Shown piece after piece: positions 37,219-47,345 of a stretch of 64,000 bases of DNA. Origin of the DNA: Candidatus Multivorans sp. (GTDB lineage: Bacteria > Acidobacteriota > Thermoanaerobaculia > Multivoradales > Multivoraceae); contig OZ251997.1 of the NCBI GenBank assembly GCA_965247095.1, positions 1,216,001 through 1,280,000 of the forward strand. Direction: 5' to 3'. Both the position numbers and the translations under genes were made by a program. The notes below the pieces were generated by a model. The model saw only the letters and a list, made by a program, of their open reading frames with translations. It searched no databases and had not been told where the DNA came from. Within the stretch, counting starts at the first letter, position 1. Each line of letters begins with the position of its first letter.

Positions 37219-38475
37219 ATGAAGTTCCTGCGCAAAATCCTCGACCGTCAGGCCCGCCACTTCGAGCCGGGCGGCCGCTTCGAGCGCTTCTACCCCCTCT
37301 ACGAAGCGCCCGACACGTTTCTCTACACGCCCGGCAAGACGACCGCCGGCGCCGCCCACGTACGCGACGCGCTCGACCTGAAGCGCCTGATGATGACGGT
37401 CGTCGTCGCGCTGGCGCCGTGCGTGCTGATGGCCATGTTCAACACGGGACGCCAAATCCACCTGGCGATCGCGGGTGGCGCCACCCCCCTGCCCAACTGG
37501 CGCACCGACGCGATGGAGCTGCTGGGGCTGCCCTTTGATGCGAGCAGCGTGCTCGCCAACTCGGTTCACGGCGCGCTTTACTACCTGCCGGTCCTGATCG
37601 TGACCTTCGCCGTCGGCGGCGCGTGCGAAGGGCTGTTCGCGGTCGTCCGGCGCCACGACATCAACGAGGGCTTCCTGGTCACCGGCATGCTCTTTCCGCT
37701 GGTCCTGCCGCCGACGATCCCCCTTTGGCAGGTTGCGATCGGCATCGCCTTCGGCGTCGTCGTCGGCAAGGAGATCTTCGGCGGCACCGGCTACAACGTG
37801 CTGAACCCGGCGCTTACCGCGCGCGTCTTCCTGTTCTTCGCCTACCCGGTCCAGATCTCGGGCGATGCGGTGTGGATCGCGGCCGGCACTTCGGCCGACG
37901 GGTACAGCGGCGCCACCGCGCTCGGCGTCATCGCGGCGCATAAGGCTGAACCCGATTCGAGCGTCGCCGTGCTCGACGGGCTGGCCGCCATCAAGGACGA
38001 CGTATCGTGGATGCAGGCCTTCCTGGGCGACATTCCGGGTTCGTTGGGCGAGACGTCCACCGTCGCCTGCCTGATCGGCGCCGCCATCCTGATCGCCACC
38101 GGCATCGGCTCCTGGCGCATCATGGTTGCCGCCACCGCGGGATCCCTCGCCATCTCCCTGCTGCTGAACCTGGCCTCGTCGGCGACGAATCCGATGCTCT
38201 CCGTGCCCTTCCACTGGCACGTGGTGCTCGGCGGCTGGGCCTTCGGCATGGTCTTCATGGCCACCGATCCGGTCAGCGCGGCGCAAACGAACCGGGGCCG
38301 GTATATCTACGGTTTCCTGGTCGGCGTGCTGGCGATCCTGATCCGCACCGTGAACCCCGCCTTTCCGGAAGGCGTGATGCTCGGGATCCTGTTCATGAAC
38401 CTGTTCGCGCCCCTGATCGACCACTACGTCCTGAAGGCGAACATGAAGCGCCGTCAGGCGCGCTACGCACAATAG
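37219..38475 (+). CDS. nqrB: Na+-NQR subunit B
   Basis: HVRD.LDLKR.M, KEIFGGTG.N.LNPAL, SGAT FMN site and FMATDPVS. Confidence 0.97.
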   Translation: MKFLRKILDRQARHFEPGGRFERFYPLYEAPDTFLYTPGKTTAGAAHVRDALDLKRLMMTVVVALAPCVLMAMFNTGRQIHLAIAGGATPLPNWRTDAMELLGLPFDASSVLANSVHGALYYLPVLIVTFAVGGACEGLFAVVRRHDINEGFLVTGMLFPLVLPPTIPLWQVAIGIAFGVVVGKEIFGGTGYNVLNPALTARVFLFFAYPVQISGDAVWIAAGTSADGYSGATALGVIAAHKAEPDSSVAVLDGLAAIKDDVSWMQAFLGDIPGSLGETSTVACLIGAAILIATGIGSWRIMVAATAGSLAISLLLNLASSATNPMLSVPFHWHVVLGGWAFGMVFMATDPVSAAQTNRGRYIYGFLVGVLAILIRTVNPAFPEGVMLGILFMNLFAPLIDHYVLKANMKRRQARYAQ

Positions 38476-38496
38476 ACTGGCTGGCGGAGCTTCCCG

Positions 38497-39279
38497 ATGC
38501 CCAACCGACAGGCCACCGGCTACACCCTTCTGTTCGCGACCGCGATCTGCATCGTCTCCGGTATCCTCGTTTCCTCGTCCGCGGTCACCCTCGAAGATCG
38601 CCAGAACGCGAACGCCGCTCTGTACAAGCAGAAGCGGGTGCTCGAAGCGGTGGGACTGCTCCAACCCGGCGAGTCGGTTACCGCGGAACAGGTGGCCGAG
38701 CGCTTCAAGCCGATCGAACCGGTGATCGTCGACCTCGCCTCGGGCGAACCGCAGGCCGACGCCGACGCGGCCACCTTCGACCAGCAGCGGCGGGCCCGCG
38801 ACCCGGCCACCAGCACCGAAGCGCCGACCAACCCGGCCAAGGTCAAGCGGGTCCCCGACCAGGCACTGCTCTACGAAGTGCGAGACGACGACGGCGAGCT
38901 CGAGATGGTCGTTCTGCCGATCGAGGGCCTCGGACTCTGGGGCACCCTCTACGGCTTTCTGGCGCTCGGCGCCGACACCACGACGGTGCGCGGCATCACC
39001 TACTACCAGCACAAGGAGACGCCGGGCCTGGGCGGCGAGGTCGACAACCCGCGCTGGAAGAACCTGTGGCCGGGGCGCCGGGCCTTCGACGACGACGGCT
39101 CGTTCCGGCTGGAGGTGATCAAGGGCCAGGCCGCCAGCGCGGAGCAGGATCCGTACCGCGTCGACGGTCTGAGCGGCGCCACGATCACGAGCCGGGGAGT
39201 AACGAACATGCTTGACTTCTGGCTCGGCGACAAGGGCTTCGAGCCCTACCTCGACCGGATCCGCGCGGAGGCGAACTGA
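38497..39279 (+). CDS. nqrC: Na+-NQR subunit C
   Basis: [26 protein letters not shown] and [14 protein letters not shown]. Confidence 0.96.
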   Translation: MPNRQATGYTLLFATAICIVSGILVSSSAVTLEDRQNANAALYKQKRVLEAVGLLQPGESVTAEQVAERFKPIEPVIVDLASGEPQADADAATFDQQRRARDPATSTEAPTNPAKVKRVPDQALLYEVRDDDGELEMVVLPIEGLGLWGTLYGFLALGADTTTVRGITYYQHKETPGLGGEVDNPRWKNLWPGRRAFDDDGSFRLEVIKGQAASAEQDPYRVDGLSGATITSRGVTNMLDFWLGDKGFEPYLDRIRAEAN

Positions 39280-39905
39280 TGGCGATCAAGAAGAGCGAAG
39301 CGGCGCTCGATCCGCTGTGGAACAACAACCCCATCGCACTCCAGGTGCTCGGCATCTGCTCGGCGCTGGCGGTGACCACGAAGATGGAAACCTCGCTGGT
39401 CATGTGCGCGGCCGTCATCTGCGTGCTGACCGTCTCCAATCTCACGATCAGCCTGCTCCGCCATCAGATCCCGAACAGCATCCGGATCATCGTCCAGTTG
39501 ACCGTGATCGCTTCGCTCGTCATCGTCACCGACCAGATCCTCAAGGCCTACGTGTTCGAGATCAGCAAGCAGCTCTCGGTGTTCGTCGGGCTGATCATCA
39601 CCAACTGCATCATCATGGGACGGGCTGAGGCGTTCGCGATGCAGAACCCGCCGTCCCTCGCGATCATGGACGGCATCGGCAACGGCCTCGGCTACAGCGC
39701 GGTGCTGATGGCCACTGCGGTGCTGAGGGAGCTGTTCGGCTCCGGGAAGCTGTACGGCGTCTCCATCCTGCCCACCGTCTCCGAGGGCGGCTGGTACCTG
39801 CCGAACGGCCTGATGCTGCTGTCGCCCGCCGCGTTCTTCATCATCGGCGGCATCATCTGGGCGCTCCGCGTCTGGAAGCCCGCACAGGTCGAGATGGACG
39901 GCTAG
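39279..39905 (+). CDS. nqrD: Na+-NQR subunit D
   Basis: [18 protein letters not shown] and [20 protein letters not shown]. Confidence 0.97.
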   Translation: MAIKKSEAALDPLWNNNPIALQVLGICSALAVTTKMETSLVMCAAVICVLTVSNLTISLLRHQIPNSIRIIVQLTVIASLVIVTDQILKAYVFEISKQLSVFVGLIITNCIIMGRAEAFAMQNPPSLAIMDGIGNGLGYSAVLMATAVLRELFGSGKLYGVSILPTVSEGGWYLPNGLMLLSPAAFFIIGGIIWALRVWKPAQVEMDG

Positions 39906-39920
39906 GGAGGACTCCGGACG

Positions 39921-40538
39921 ATGCTCGAGGACTACCTGAACCTGGCCGTGAAGGCCATCTTCGTCGAGAACATGGTATTGACCTTCTTCCTCGGCCTGTG
40001 CTCGTTTTTGGCCGTGTCGAAGAAGGTGGAGACCGCCGTCGGCCTGGGGCTGGCGGTGATCTTCGTGCTCACCGTCACCGTGCCGATCAACAACCTGATC
40101 CAGACCTACCTCCTGAACGAGGGCGCCCTGGCCTGGATCAGCCCCGAGTTGGCCGCCTACGACCTCACCTTCCTGAACCTCCTCTGCTTCATCGGGAGCA
40201 TCGCGGCGATGGTCCAGCTCGTGGAGATGACGACCGACCGCTTCTTCCCGGCGCTTCACGCCAGCCTGGGCATCTTCCTGCCCTTGATCGCGGTGAACTG
40301 CGCGATCCTGGGCGGCTCGCTGTTCATGGTCGAGCGTGACTACGACCTCGGCGAGAGCGTCGTGTTCGGCCTCGGCTCGGGCATCGGCTGGTTCCTTGCC
40401 ATCGTCGCCCTGGCGTCGATCCGCGAGCGCCTGCGCTACAGCAACGTGCCCCACGGACTGCGCGGCCTGGGCATGACCTTCATCGTCACCGGCCTGATGG
40501 CGTTCGGCTTCATGGCCTTCGGAGGCATCCAACTGTGA
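39921..40538 (+). CDS. nqrE: Na+-NQR subunit E
   Basis: [22 protein letters not shown] and [19 protein letters not shown]. Confidence 0.97.
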   Translation: MLEDYLNLAVKAIFVENMVLTFFLGLCSFLAVSKKVETAVGLGLAVIFVLTVTVPINNLIQTYLLNEGALAWISPELAAYDLTFLNLLCFIGSIAAMVQLVEMTTDRFFPALHASLGIFLPLIAVNCAILGGSLFMVERDYDLGESVVFGLGSGIGWFLAIVALASIRERLRYSNVPHGLRGLGMTFIVTGLMAFGFMAFGGIQL

Positions 40539-41755
40539 TCACCGAAGCCCTGCTCGGGGTGGTGATGTTCACGGTCGTCATCCTGGCTCTCGTTCTGATC
40601 CTGATGCAGGCCAAGGCCCGCCTGGTCGCCGGCGGCGAAGTGCAGATCCTGATCAACGACGAGAAGTCGCTGACCGCGACGACCGGCGGCACCCTCCTCA
40701 GCACCCTGGCCGAGCATCAGATCTTCATTCCGTCGGCTTGCGGAGGCCAGGGCACGTGCGGCGTCTGCACCGTCGACGTGCTCGACGGCGGCGGCGCGAT
40801 GTTGCCGACCGAGAAGACCCACATCAGCCGTCGCGAGGCCCGCGAGGGCTGCCGCCTGAGCTGTCAGGTGAAGATCAAGGAGGACATGAAGATCGCGGTC
40901 CCGGCCGAGGTCTTCGGGGTCAAGAAGTGGCAGTGCACCGTGCGCTCGAACGAGAACGTCGCCACCTTCATCAAGGAGCTGATCCTCGAGCTCCCGGCCG
41001 GCGAGGAGGTGCCCTTCCGGGCCGGCGGCTACATCCAGATCGAGTGCCCGCCGCACGAGGTGGACTACAGCACGTTCCAGATCGAGGACGAGTACCACGG
41101 GGACTGGGACCGCTTCAAGCTCTGGAATCTGGTGTCCAAGGTCGACGAGACCGTCATCCGCGCCTATTCGATGGCGAACTACCCGGAGGAAAAGGGCATC
41201 ATCATGCTGAACGTGCGGGTGGCGACGCCGCCGCCGCGCCAGATGGACCTGCCCCCGGGCCAGATGTCGTCCTACATCTTCGATCTGAAGCCGGGCGACG
41301 AGGTGACGATCGCGGGCCCCTTCGGCGAGTTCTTCGCCAAGGATACCGACGCCGAGATGGTCTTCGTCGGCGGCGGCGCCGGCATGGCGCCCATGCGCTC
41401 CCACATCTTCGACCAGTTCCAGCGCCTCCAAGCCAACCGCAAGGTGTCCTTCTGGTACGGCGCCCGCTCCTACCGCGAAGCCTTCTACACCGATCACTTC
41501 GACCGCATCGCGGCCGAGAACCCGAACTTCACTTGGCATCTCGCGCTCTCCGACCCGCTCGAGGAGGATCACTGGGAGGGCTACACCGGGTTCATCCACC
41601 AGGTCCTGTACGACAACTACCTGAAGGACCACCCCTGTCCGGAAGACGTCGAGTACTACCTCTGCGGACCGCCGCTGATGCTCCAGGCCTGCATGAAAAT
41701 GCTCGACGACCTGGGAGTCGAGCCTGAGAACATCGCCTTCGACGACTTCGGCTAG
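40535..41755 (+). CDS. nqrF: Na+-NQR subunit F
   Basis: [43 protein letters not shown] and FDDFG. Confidence 0.97.
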   Translation: MITEALLGVVMFTVVILALVLILMQAKARLVAGGEVQILINDEKSLTATTGGTLLSTLAEHQIFIPSACGGQGTCGVCTVDVLDGGGAMLPTEKTHISRREAREGCRLSCQVKIKEDMKIAVPAEVFGVKKWQCTVRSNENVATFIKELILELPAGEEVPFRAGGYIQIECPPHEVDYSTFQIEDEYHGDWDRFKLWNLVSKVDETVIRAYSMANYPEEKGIIMLNVRVATPPPRQMDLPPGQMSSYIFDLKPGDEVTIAGPFGEFFAKDTDAEMVFVGGGAGMAPMRSHIFDQFQRLQANRKVSFWYGARSYREAFYTDHFDRIAAENPNFTWHLALSDPLEEDHWEGYTGFIHQVLYDNYLKDHPCPEDVEYYLCGPPLMLQACMKMLDDLGVEPENIAFDDFG

Positions 41756-41861
41756 GAATCCGCGCGGCCGGGTTGAGGTCGTCGGTAACACCCGTCTGGC
41801 GCGGGTCCGGTGGGAGGGGTCCCGAAGGGGGAATCAGTCCAAGCGGGACGGCGGACGGAGT

Positions 41862-42908
41862 ATGCCGCTGCTACTAGTCCTTGCCGGCCTGGTCGTGGGC
41901 TGCGCGCAGGCGCCGAGCGAGGTCGTGCTGCAGGGGCCAACGATGGGCACGTCTTACCGCGTCCGGGTCCTGGCCGGTTCGGACAAGCGCGAAGCGATCC
42001 GAGCGCTCGTTGAAGAGAAGCTGGCCACGGTCGACCGAGAGATGTCGACCTACCGGGAGGACTCGGAGATCTCTCGTTTCAACCGGCTTTCGGCCGGCGA
42101 GTCGCTCGTGTTCTCCGAAGACACGTGGTCGGTCCTGGAACTTGCCTGGCGGGTGCGCGATGAGAGCGGTGGAGCGTTCGATCCGACGGTGGGGCCCCTG
42201 GTCGACGCCTGGGGCTTCGGCGCGCCGGGACGCGGCTTGTCGCCGACCCCTCCCGCCGATGACCATCTCACCGAGTTGCAACGGGCGGTGGGCGCTATCG
42301 AACTATCGCCGGCCGCTCGGCAGGCGACGAAGCTCGACAGTGCTGCGGCGCTCGATCTCTCGGCTGTTGCCAAGGGTTGGGCCACGGACCGGGTCTCCGA
42401 GGCCTTGGCGGCGGCCGGCTACACGAAGCACCTGGTCGAAGTCGGTGGCGAGGTGCGCACCGCCGGCTACAGCAGTTCCGGCGGTCCGTGGCGTATCGCC
42501 ATCGAGCGACCGCCCGCCAAGGTGGCGGAGCCAGAGAACGACGCTCCTGCCGAAGCGACGACGGAAACTACTCCGCCCCGTCTGCAGCAGGTGCTGGGGA
42601 TCACCGACGGCGCCCTGGCGACCTCGGGCGACTACCGGAATTACTGGGAGCGCGATGGGGTCCGCTACTCCCACACGATCGAACCCAGGACCGGCCGGCC
42701 GGTGGTCCACGCACTGGCGTCGGCGAGCGTGATCCACGAGCGCTGCGCGGTGGCGGACGCCTACGCCACCGCCCTGATGGTGCTCGGGCCTGAAGACGGT
42801 CTGCGCTGGGCGGACGAGAACGGCGTGGCGACGTTGCTGCTGGTTTACGGCGAGTCCGGCATCGAGGAGTTGACGAGCGCGGCCTTCCGCGAACGCTTCG
42901 GGAGCTAG
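41862..42908 (+). CDS. apbE: FAD:protein FMN transferase lipoprotein
   Basis: Lipobox VVGC, G.TMGT.Y, FDPTVGPL, DLSA.AKG...D, ATSGDYR and ADA.ATA. Confidence 0.95.
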   Translation: MPLLLVLAGLVVGCAQAPSEVVLQGPTMGTSYRVRVLAGSDKREAIRALVEEKLATVDREMSTYREDSEISRFNRLSAGESLVFSEDTWSVLELAWRVRDESGGAFDPTVGPLVDAWGFGAPGRGLSPTPPADDHLTELQRAVGAIELSPAARQATKLDSAAALDLSAVAKGWATDRVSEALAAAGYTKHLVEVGGEVRTAGYSSSGGPWRIAIERPPAKVAEPENDAPAEATTETTPPRLQQVLGITDGALATSGDYRNYWERDGVRYSHTIEPRTGRPVVHALASASVIHERCAVADAYATALMVLGPEDGLRWADENGVATLLLVYGESGIEELTSAAFRERFGS

Positions 42909-42920
42909 ACTCTCCGCGAG

Positions 42921-43103
42921 ATGGCCCTCCTGCTTCTAACCATCACCGTCATCGCCGCTTGCGTGATCCTCATGTCGGTCGGCGTGCTGTTGAACGGCCG
43001 CTGCCTGCGCGGCTCCTGCGGCGGCCCGGACATCCTCGGACCCGACGGCGAGCCCCTCAGTTGCGCCAGTTGTCCCCTGCGACGTGCGCGGGAGGAAACC
43101 TGA
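42921..43103 (+). CDS. nqrM: Na+-NQR maturation protein NqrM
   Basis: TM helix followed by L.GSCGG...C..C; follows apbE. Confidence 0.8.
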   Translation: MALLLLTITVIAACVILMSVGVLLNGRCLRGSCGGPDILGPDGEPLSCASCPLRRAREET

Positions 43104-45292
43104 TCGTCACCGAGGGTGGTCCCGAGCGCCCGATCCAGATCACCCACGACGGCGAAGCGCAACCGTTCTCCCGTGGGCTGCTTGCGCGCAGCCTCTACGC
43201 GGCCGGACTCGACTTCGACCGGGCCTACCGCCGGGTGGAGCAACTGCAGCGACAGTTGCAGCGGGAAGGCACGACCAGCCTTGAGAAGCAGCACCTCGCG
43301 CAGAGGATCGCCGAACTTCTGGAAGCGGAAGAGGGCGCGGACACCGCTTCACGCTACCGGCTGATCCGTCGCCTGCGCCGGCTGCCGAAACCCCTGATCC
43401 TCTATATCGGCGGCGGCGCCGGCACGGGCAAGTCCACCCTGGCGCTCGATCTGGCGCCGCAACTGCGCATCTACCGGATCAACGCCACCGACACCGTGCG
43501 TCAGGTGATGCGGATGGTGTTTTCGCCGGCGATCCTGCCGGCACTCCACGTCTCGAGTTATGAGACCCCCGCCGATTCTGCGAGCGAGTTCGCTACCGCC
43601 GGCGGCAACACACAGGTAGCGACCCTGGAAGAGCAGGCCACCAGGGTGTGCGTCGGCGTCCGGGCGGTGGTCGAACGGGCGATTGCCGAGAACCTCAGTC
43701 TGGTCGTCGAGGGCGTCCACCTCCTGCCCGGTCTGGTTCCGTTCACCGACCTCGATGGCGAGGCCTACCAGTTCTTCACCGTGCTCTCGACCCCTGACGA
43801 GGAAGTGCACCGCAGCCACTTCCTCGCGCGCGAGTCCTTTGCCGGCAGAAGGCCGAACCGGCAGCTCGACCACTTCCGGGTCATCCGTGAACAGCAGAGC
43901 CACCTGTTGCGACTGGCTCGGGAATCGGGGATCCCGATCCTCGACACGACGGACCGGGAGGAGTTGCTTCCGACCGCCATCGCCCTGCTCGGGCAGAGCC
44001 TGTCCCAGCGACTGCCCTGGCTCACCCAGGCGTCGATGCGGTTGCTGAGCGAGCGCCGTACCCCGGCTTTCCTGCTGGTGATCGACGGTCTTCCCGACCG
44101 GCCGCTGCGCTCGCTCGGGGCGCGGACGCCGCTGGAAGCCGCGCGAACGCCTACGCTCGACCGGCTGGCCCGGGAAGGCGCCTGCGGTCTGGCCGACCCG
44201 ATAGCGCCCGGCGTGGTTCCGGATACGGCATCGGGAAACCTCGCCCTGTTCGCCCAGTCGCCGAGGGTGATGACCCGAGGACCCATCGAGGCACTGGGCG
44301 CCGGCCTCAAGCTGAAGACCGGAACGATCGCCATCCGCGGCAATTTCGCCACCCTCGACGAGCGCGGTTTTGTCGTCGACCGCCGGGCCGGCCGCATTCG
44401 CGAAGGGGCCAAGATACTCGCCAAGGCACTCGACCGTCTGGAACTTCCCGCCTCGGACCCGGTCAAGGTCCGCGTGCGGGCCACGACGGAGCATCGACTC
44501 GCGATCACTCTGCGCGGAGAAGGTCTCACGTCGGCCATCGAAGGCTCCGATCCGGGCGACGGCGCACCCTCTGGACGACCGCTGGCGCCGAGGCCTGTCG
44601 ATCCGAACGACGACAGCGCCGAGCGCACTGCACGCGTCCTGGCCCTGTTCGAGCAGGAGGCGCGGCGAGTGCTGGCGCGGCATCCGGTGAACGAGGAACG
44701 GCGTGAGAACGGCGAACTGCCGGCGAACGCGGTCCTGACTCGAGGAGTGGGCCGGGTCCACCGGCTTCTGCCCCTGGAGCCGGGCGGTCTGCCGCTCAGC
44801 GCGGCCTGCATCGGCGGCGACCGGACGGTGATGGGCATCGCCTCGGCACTCGGCGCCTCCGTCATCCGCCGTCGCGGCATGACCGCGAACGTGGACACGG
44901 ACTTAGGCCTCAAGTTCGATAGCGCCGCCGAAGCGCTCAAGGAGCACGACCTGGTCATCGTTCACGTGAAGGGCGCCGACATCGCCGCTCACGATCGCCG
45001 CCCCGATCTGAAGGTCGCCTTCCTCGAGCGCCTCGACCGCGAACTCGGCGCCCTGATCGAGAGGCTGAAACAGCCGATCCGTGTCGCCGTGACGGCCGAC
45101 CACGCCACCCTGTCCGAGGTCGGCGCCCATGGCGCCGATCCGGTGCCGGTGCTGATCTGGGGCGACGGGATCGCACCCGATGCGGTGACCAGCTACGGCG
45201 AGCGTGCCGCCAGCACCGGCAGGCTGAACCGGTTCCCGCTCCAGCTCCTGGTGGAGCGGCTGTTTGAGCAGTACGGCGACGAGGCGTCCTGA
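43100..45292 (+). CDS. fusion of ATP-cone + 2-phosphoglycerate-kinase-like P-loop domain + ApgM-type cofactor-independent phosphoglycerate mutase-like domain
   Basis: PFSRG.LA.SL; GGGAGTGKST, TD.VR.VMR, P.LH.SSY, V.EGVHL.PG; then IDGL.D, TPLEAA.TP.LD.LA.EG..G, RGNFAT, DRRAGRI, HVKG.D.A.HD, TADH.T, H.ADPVP. Start inferred at CTG 43100 after GGAGG. Confidence 0.85.
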   Translation: MIVTEGGPERPIQITHDGEAQPFSRGLLARSLYAAGLDFDRAYRRVEQLQRQLQREGTTSLEKQHLAQRIAELLEAEEGADTASRYRLIRRLRRLPKPLILYIGGGAGTGKSTLALDLAPQLRIYRINATDTVRQVMRMVFSPAILPALHVSSYETPADSASEFATAGGNTQVATLEEQATRVCVGVRAVVERAIAENLSLVVEGVHLLPGLVPFTDLDGEAYQFFTVLSTPDEEVHRSHFLARESFAGRRPNRQLDHFRVIREQQSHLLRLARESGIPILDTTDREELLPTAIALLGQSLSQRLPWLTQASMRLLSERRTPAFLLVIDGLPDRPLRSLGARTPLEAARTPTLDRLAREGACGLADPIAPGVVPDTASGNLALFAQSPRVMTRGPIEALGAGLKLKTGTIAIRGNFATLDERGFVVDRRAGRIREGAKILAKALDRLELPASDPVKVRVRATTEHRLAITLRGEGLTSAIEGSDPGDGAPSGRPLAPRPVDPNDDSAERTARVLALFEQEARRVLARHPVNEERRENGELPANAVLTRGVGRVHRLLPLEPGGLPLSAACIGGDRTVMGIASALGASVIRRRGMTANVDTDLGLKFDSAAEALKEHDLVIVHVKGADIAAHDRRPDLKVAFLERLDRELGALIERLKQPIRVAVTADHATLSEVGAHGADPVPVLIWGDGIAPDAVTSYGERAASTGRLNRFPLQLLVERLFEQYGDEAS

Positions 45293-45293
45293 A

Positions 45294-45803
45294 TTGGCGA
45301 AGAAGATCGAGCGCCCCGTCCAGCGACGCGCTGACCTGGCCGGCGGCCGGGGCTTCGCCTGTGTCGCGCTGGACCGGCCCGCCGATCCAGTGAACGTCGG
45401 CCACGTCCTGCGCGCGGCGCTCTGCTTCCAGGCCCGCATGATCATCCTGAGCCAGCCCTCGGGAGACATCGACATCCGCCGGCTACCGACGGATCCCACC
45501 CGGGCCTACCGGCACGTGCCGGTGATCGAGGTCGAGGATCTGATCGAAGCGACCCCTCGCGACACGGCTCTGGTTGCAGTCGAGATCGTGCCGGACGCCA
45601 TCGCACTTCCCGACTTCGTACACCCCGAGCGGGCCTGCTACGTCTTCGGACCGGAGAGTGGCGCGGTTTCCGACCGCATCCTAAAACGGAGCGACCACCG
45701 GATCCGGGTTCCGACTGCCGTGTCGCTGAATCTCGGCATGACGGTCGGCGTCGTGCTCTACGACCGCTGCGCCGACCGCTGGCGCCGGAACGGCGAAGCA
45801 TAA
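45294..45803 (+). CDS. TrmH/SpoU family RNA methyltransferase (short)
   Basis: P....NVG..LRA, HPERA.YVFGPE.G and SLNL. Confidence 0.85.
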   Translation: MAKKIERPVQRRADLAGGRGFACVALDRPADPVNVGHVLRAALCFQARMIILSQPSGDIDIRRLPTDPTRAYRHVPVIEVEDLIEATPRDTALVAVEIVPDAIALPDFVHPERACYVFGPESGAVSDRILKRSDHRIRVPTAVSLNLGMTVGVVLYDRCADRWRRNGEA

Positions 45804-45804
45804 G

Positions 45805-46497
45805 TCAGTTCTCGGACGACGACGCAGCCGGCTCGGCAAACAGAGACAGCAGCGGAAGCCCGAGACGCTCGCGCACGGAGCGGCGCACCAGGCGCTGCCT
45901 GAGCTCCGGCAACCGGTCCTCGTCCACTCTTCCGGCCATCCGAGCCAGCGCCTCGCCGGCGCCCGCCACGACGGCTTCGCGGTCCGCCGGCGCCAGGGAC
46001 TCGAACGCCTGCGCCAAAAGTTCGATATCCAACTCGGCCAGCCGGGCTTCGACGTCGGGGGCCGGACCGCTCAGCCCGAGCAGCCTGCTCTGCCAGACGT
46101 CGCCACCTTCCAACGTCGCCGGTAGCGCGGACGCCAAGGCCGCAAGCCGCGCCGGCACATCGATCGCGGCCGGCCGCCGGCGCACCGGCGGTACCGCCCC
46201 CAACTCCCGGTAAACCGCCCATGCCTTCTCCACCGCCGCCCGGCAGTACCGCAAACTGCTCACCCGTCTCTTCGGCGCCTCCGGCGAGGCGGCCGCCCGC
46301 TCGGCCCGGCGCGCGAACACTTCGCGGATGCTCTCGAGGACCAACGAGAGCGGCACGCCCTCCAGCCGCCACTGCTGCGCCAAGCGCCAGTCGGCGGGAC
46401 TCAACAGCAACGGCGCTCCACGCAGCCGGATGAACTCTTCCTCGATCGCCTCGAAGTAGTCGCGGTCCCCGCTCTCAGGATCCGCTCCCGGGGTCAC
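45805..46497 (-). CDS. conserved hypothetical protein
   Basis: Coupled to birA (GTGA); YF..IEE.F..LRG..LLLSP.DW.....W...GVPL and SL.YC..AV; GC3-biased codons. Confidence 0.7.
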   Translation of the reverse strand: MTPGADPESGDRDYFEAIEEEFIRLRGAPLLLSPADWRLAQQWRLEGVPLSLVLESIREVFARRAERAAASPEAPKRRVSSLRYCRAAVEKAWAVYRELGAVPPVRRRPAAIDVPARLAALASALPATLEGGDVWQSRLLGLSGPAPDVEARLAELDIELLAQAFESLAPADREAVVAGAGEALARMAGRVDEDRLPELRQRLVRRSVRERLGLPLLSLFAEPAASSSEN

Positions 46498-47312
46498 GCC
46501 TCGATGACCTCGCCCGAGGCGATCGTGCGCAGACCGGCCGCCGTCTCGAGGCGAAAGCGGCCGCCGTCATCGAAGCCCGCGAAACGGCCGGAGAGCGTCT
46601 CGCCGCCGATCCGGCAGCTCACCTCGTCGCCCTCGCGATGGACGCTGCAGGGGCGGTAGGCATCCAGTGCGTACACGGGGTCTCCGGCGTGGCTCAGCTC
46701 GCGTTCCAGCGAGGTCGCGAGCCGTTCGACGACGGCCGCCCGCGAAGGCACGCGCTCGGTCTCGAGCGCGAGCGATGTCGAGACCGGCGTCGGCAGTTCG
46801 CCCCCGGCGCCGAAGTCGTAGTTCACGCCGAAACCAATCACGGCGACCATGCCGCCTTCTCGGCCGACGACCGTCTCGATCAGGATCCCCGCGATCTTGC
46901 GGCCGCCCACGAGCACGTCGTTGGGCCACTTCAGGCCCGCTCGGCCGCCTGTGAAGCCCGCCAACGCGCGGCACACCCCGACTCCGGCCAGCAGCGGCAG
47001 CGCACCGAGCTGATCCTCCACCGGGCCCGCCCCCGCGATCGGCAGCGGCTGCAGCCAGGTGCAGTAGAGACCGCGTCCCGCGGTGCTGACCCAGGAACGA
47101 CCCTGTCGACCCCGGCCCGCGGTCTGCTCAAAGGCCACCACCAGCGCCGTCTGGGGCGTGGATTCCTCCTCCAAAAACCGTTCGGCCAGAGCCTTGACGA
47201 AACGGTTCGTCGAGTCGACCGTGTCCATCAACACCAGGTTGTCCGGCAGGCGCCGCGAACGGGACCGAAGTTCCCCGACAAATTGGTCGAAATCGTTGGA
47301 GCGGTCCGCCAT
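46494..47312 (-). CDS. birA: biotin--[acetyl-CoA-carboxylase] ligase (no HTH)
   Basis: DSTN, QTAGRGRQGRSW, KWPND and KIAGIL.E. Confidence 0.95.
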   Translation of the reverse strand: MADRSNDFDQFVGELRSRSRRLPDNLVLMDTVDSTNRFVKALAERFLEEESTPQTALVVAFEQTAGRGRQGRSWVSTAGRGLYCTWLQPLPIAGAGPVEDQLGALPLLAGVGVCRALAGFTGGRAGLKWPNDVLVGGRKIAGILIETVVGREGGMVAVIGFGVNYDFGAGGELPTPVSTSLALETERVPSRAAVVERLATSLERELSHAGDPVYALDAYRPCSVHREGDEVSCRIGGETLSGRFAGFDDGGRFRLETAAGLRTIASGEVIEA

Positions 47313-47345
47313 TGGGGCGGGAAGCCTAACCGAGTCGGCGCCGGC

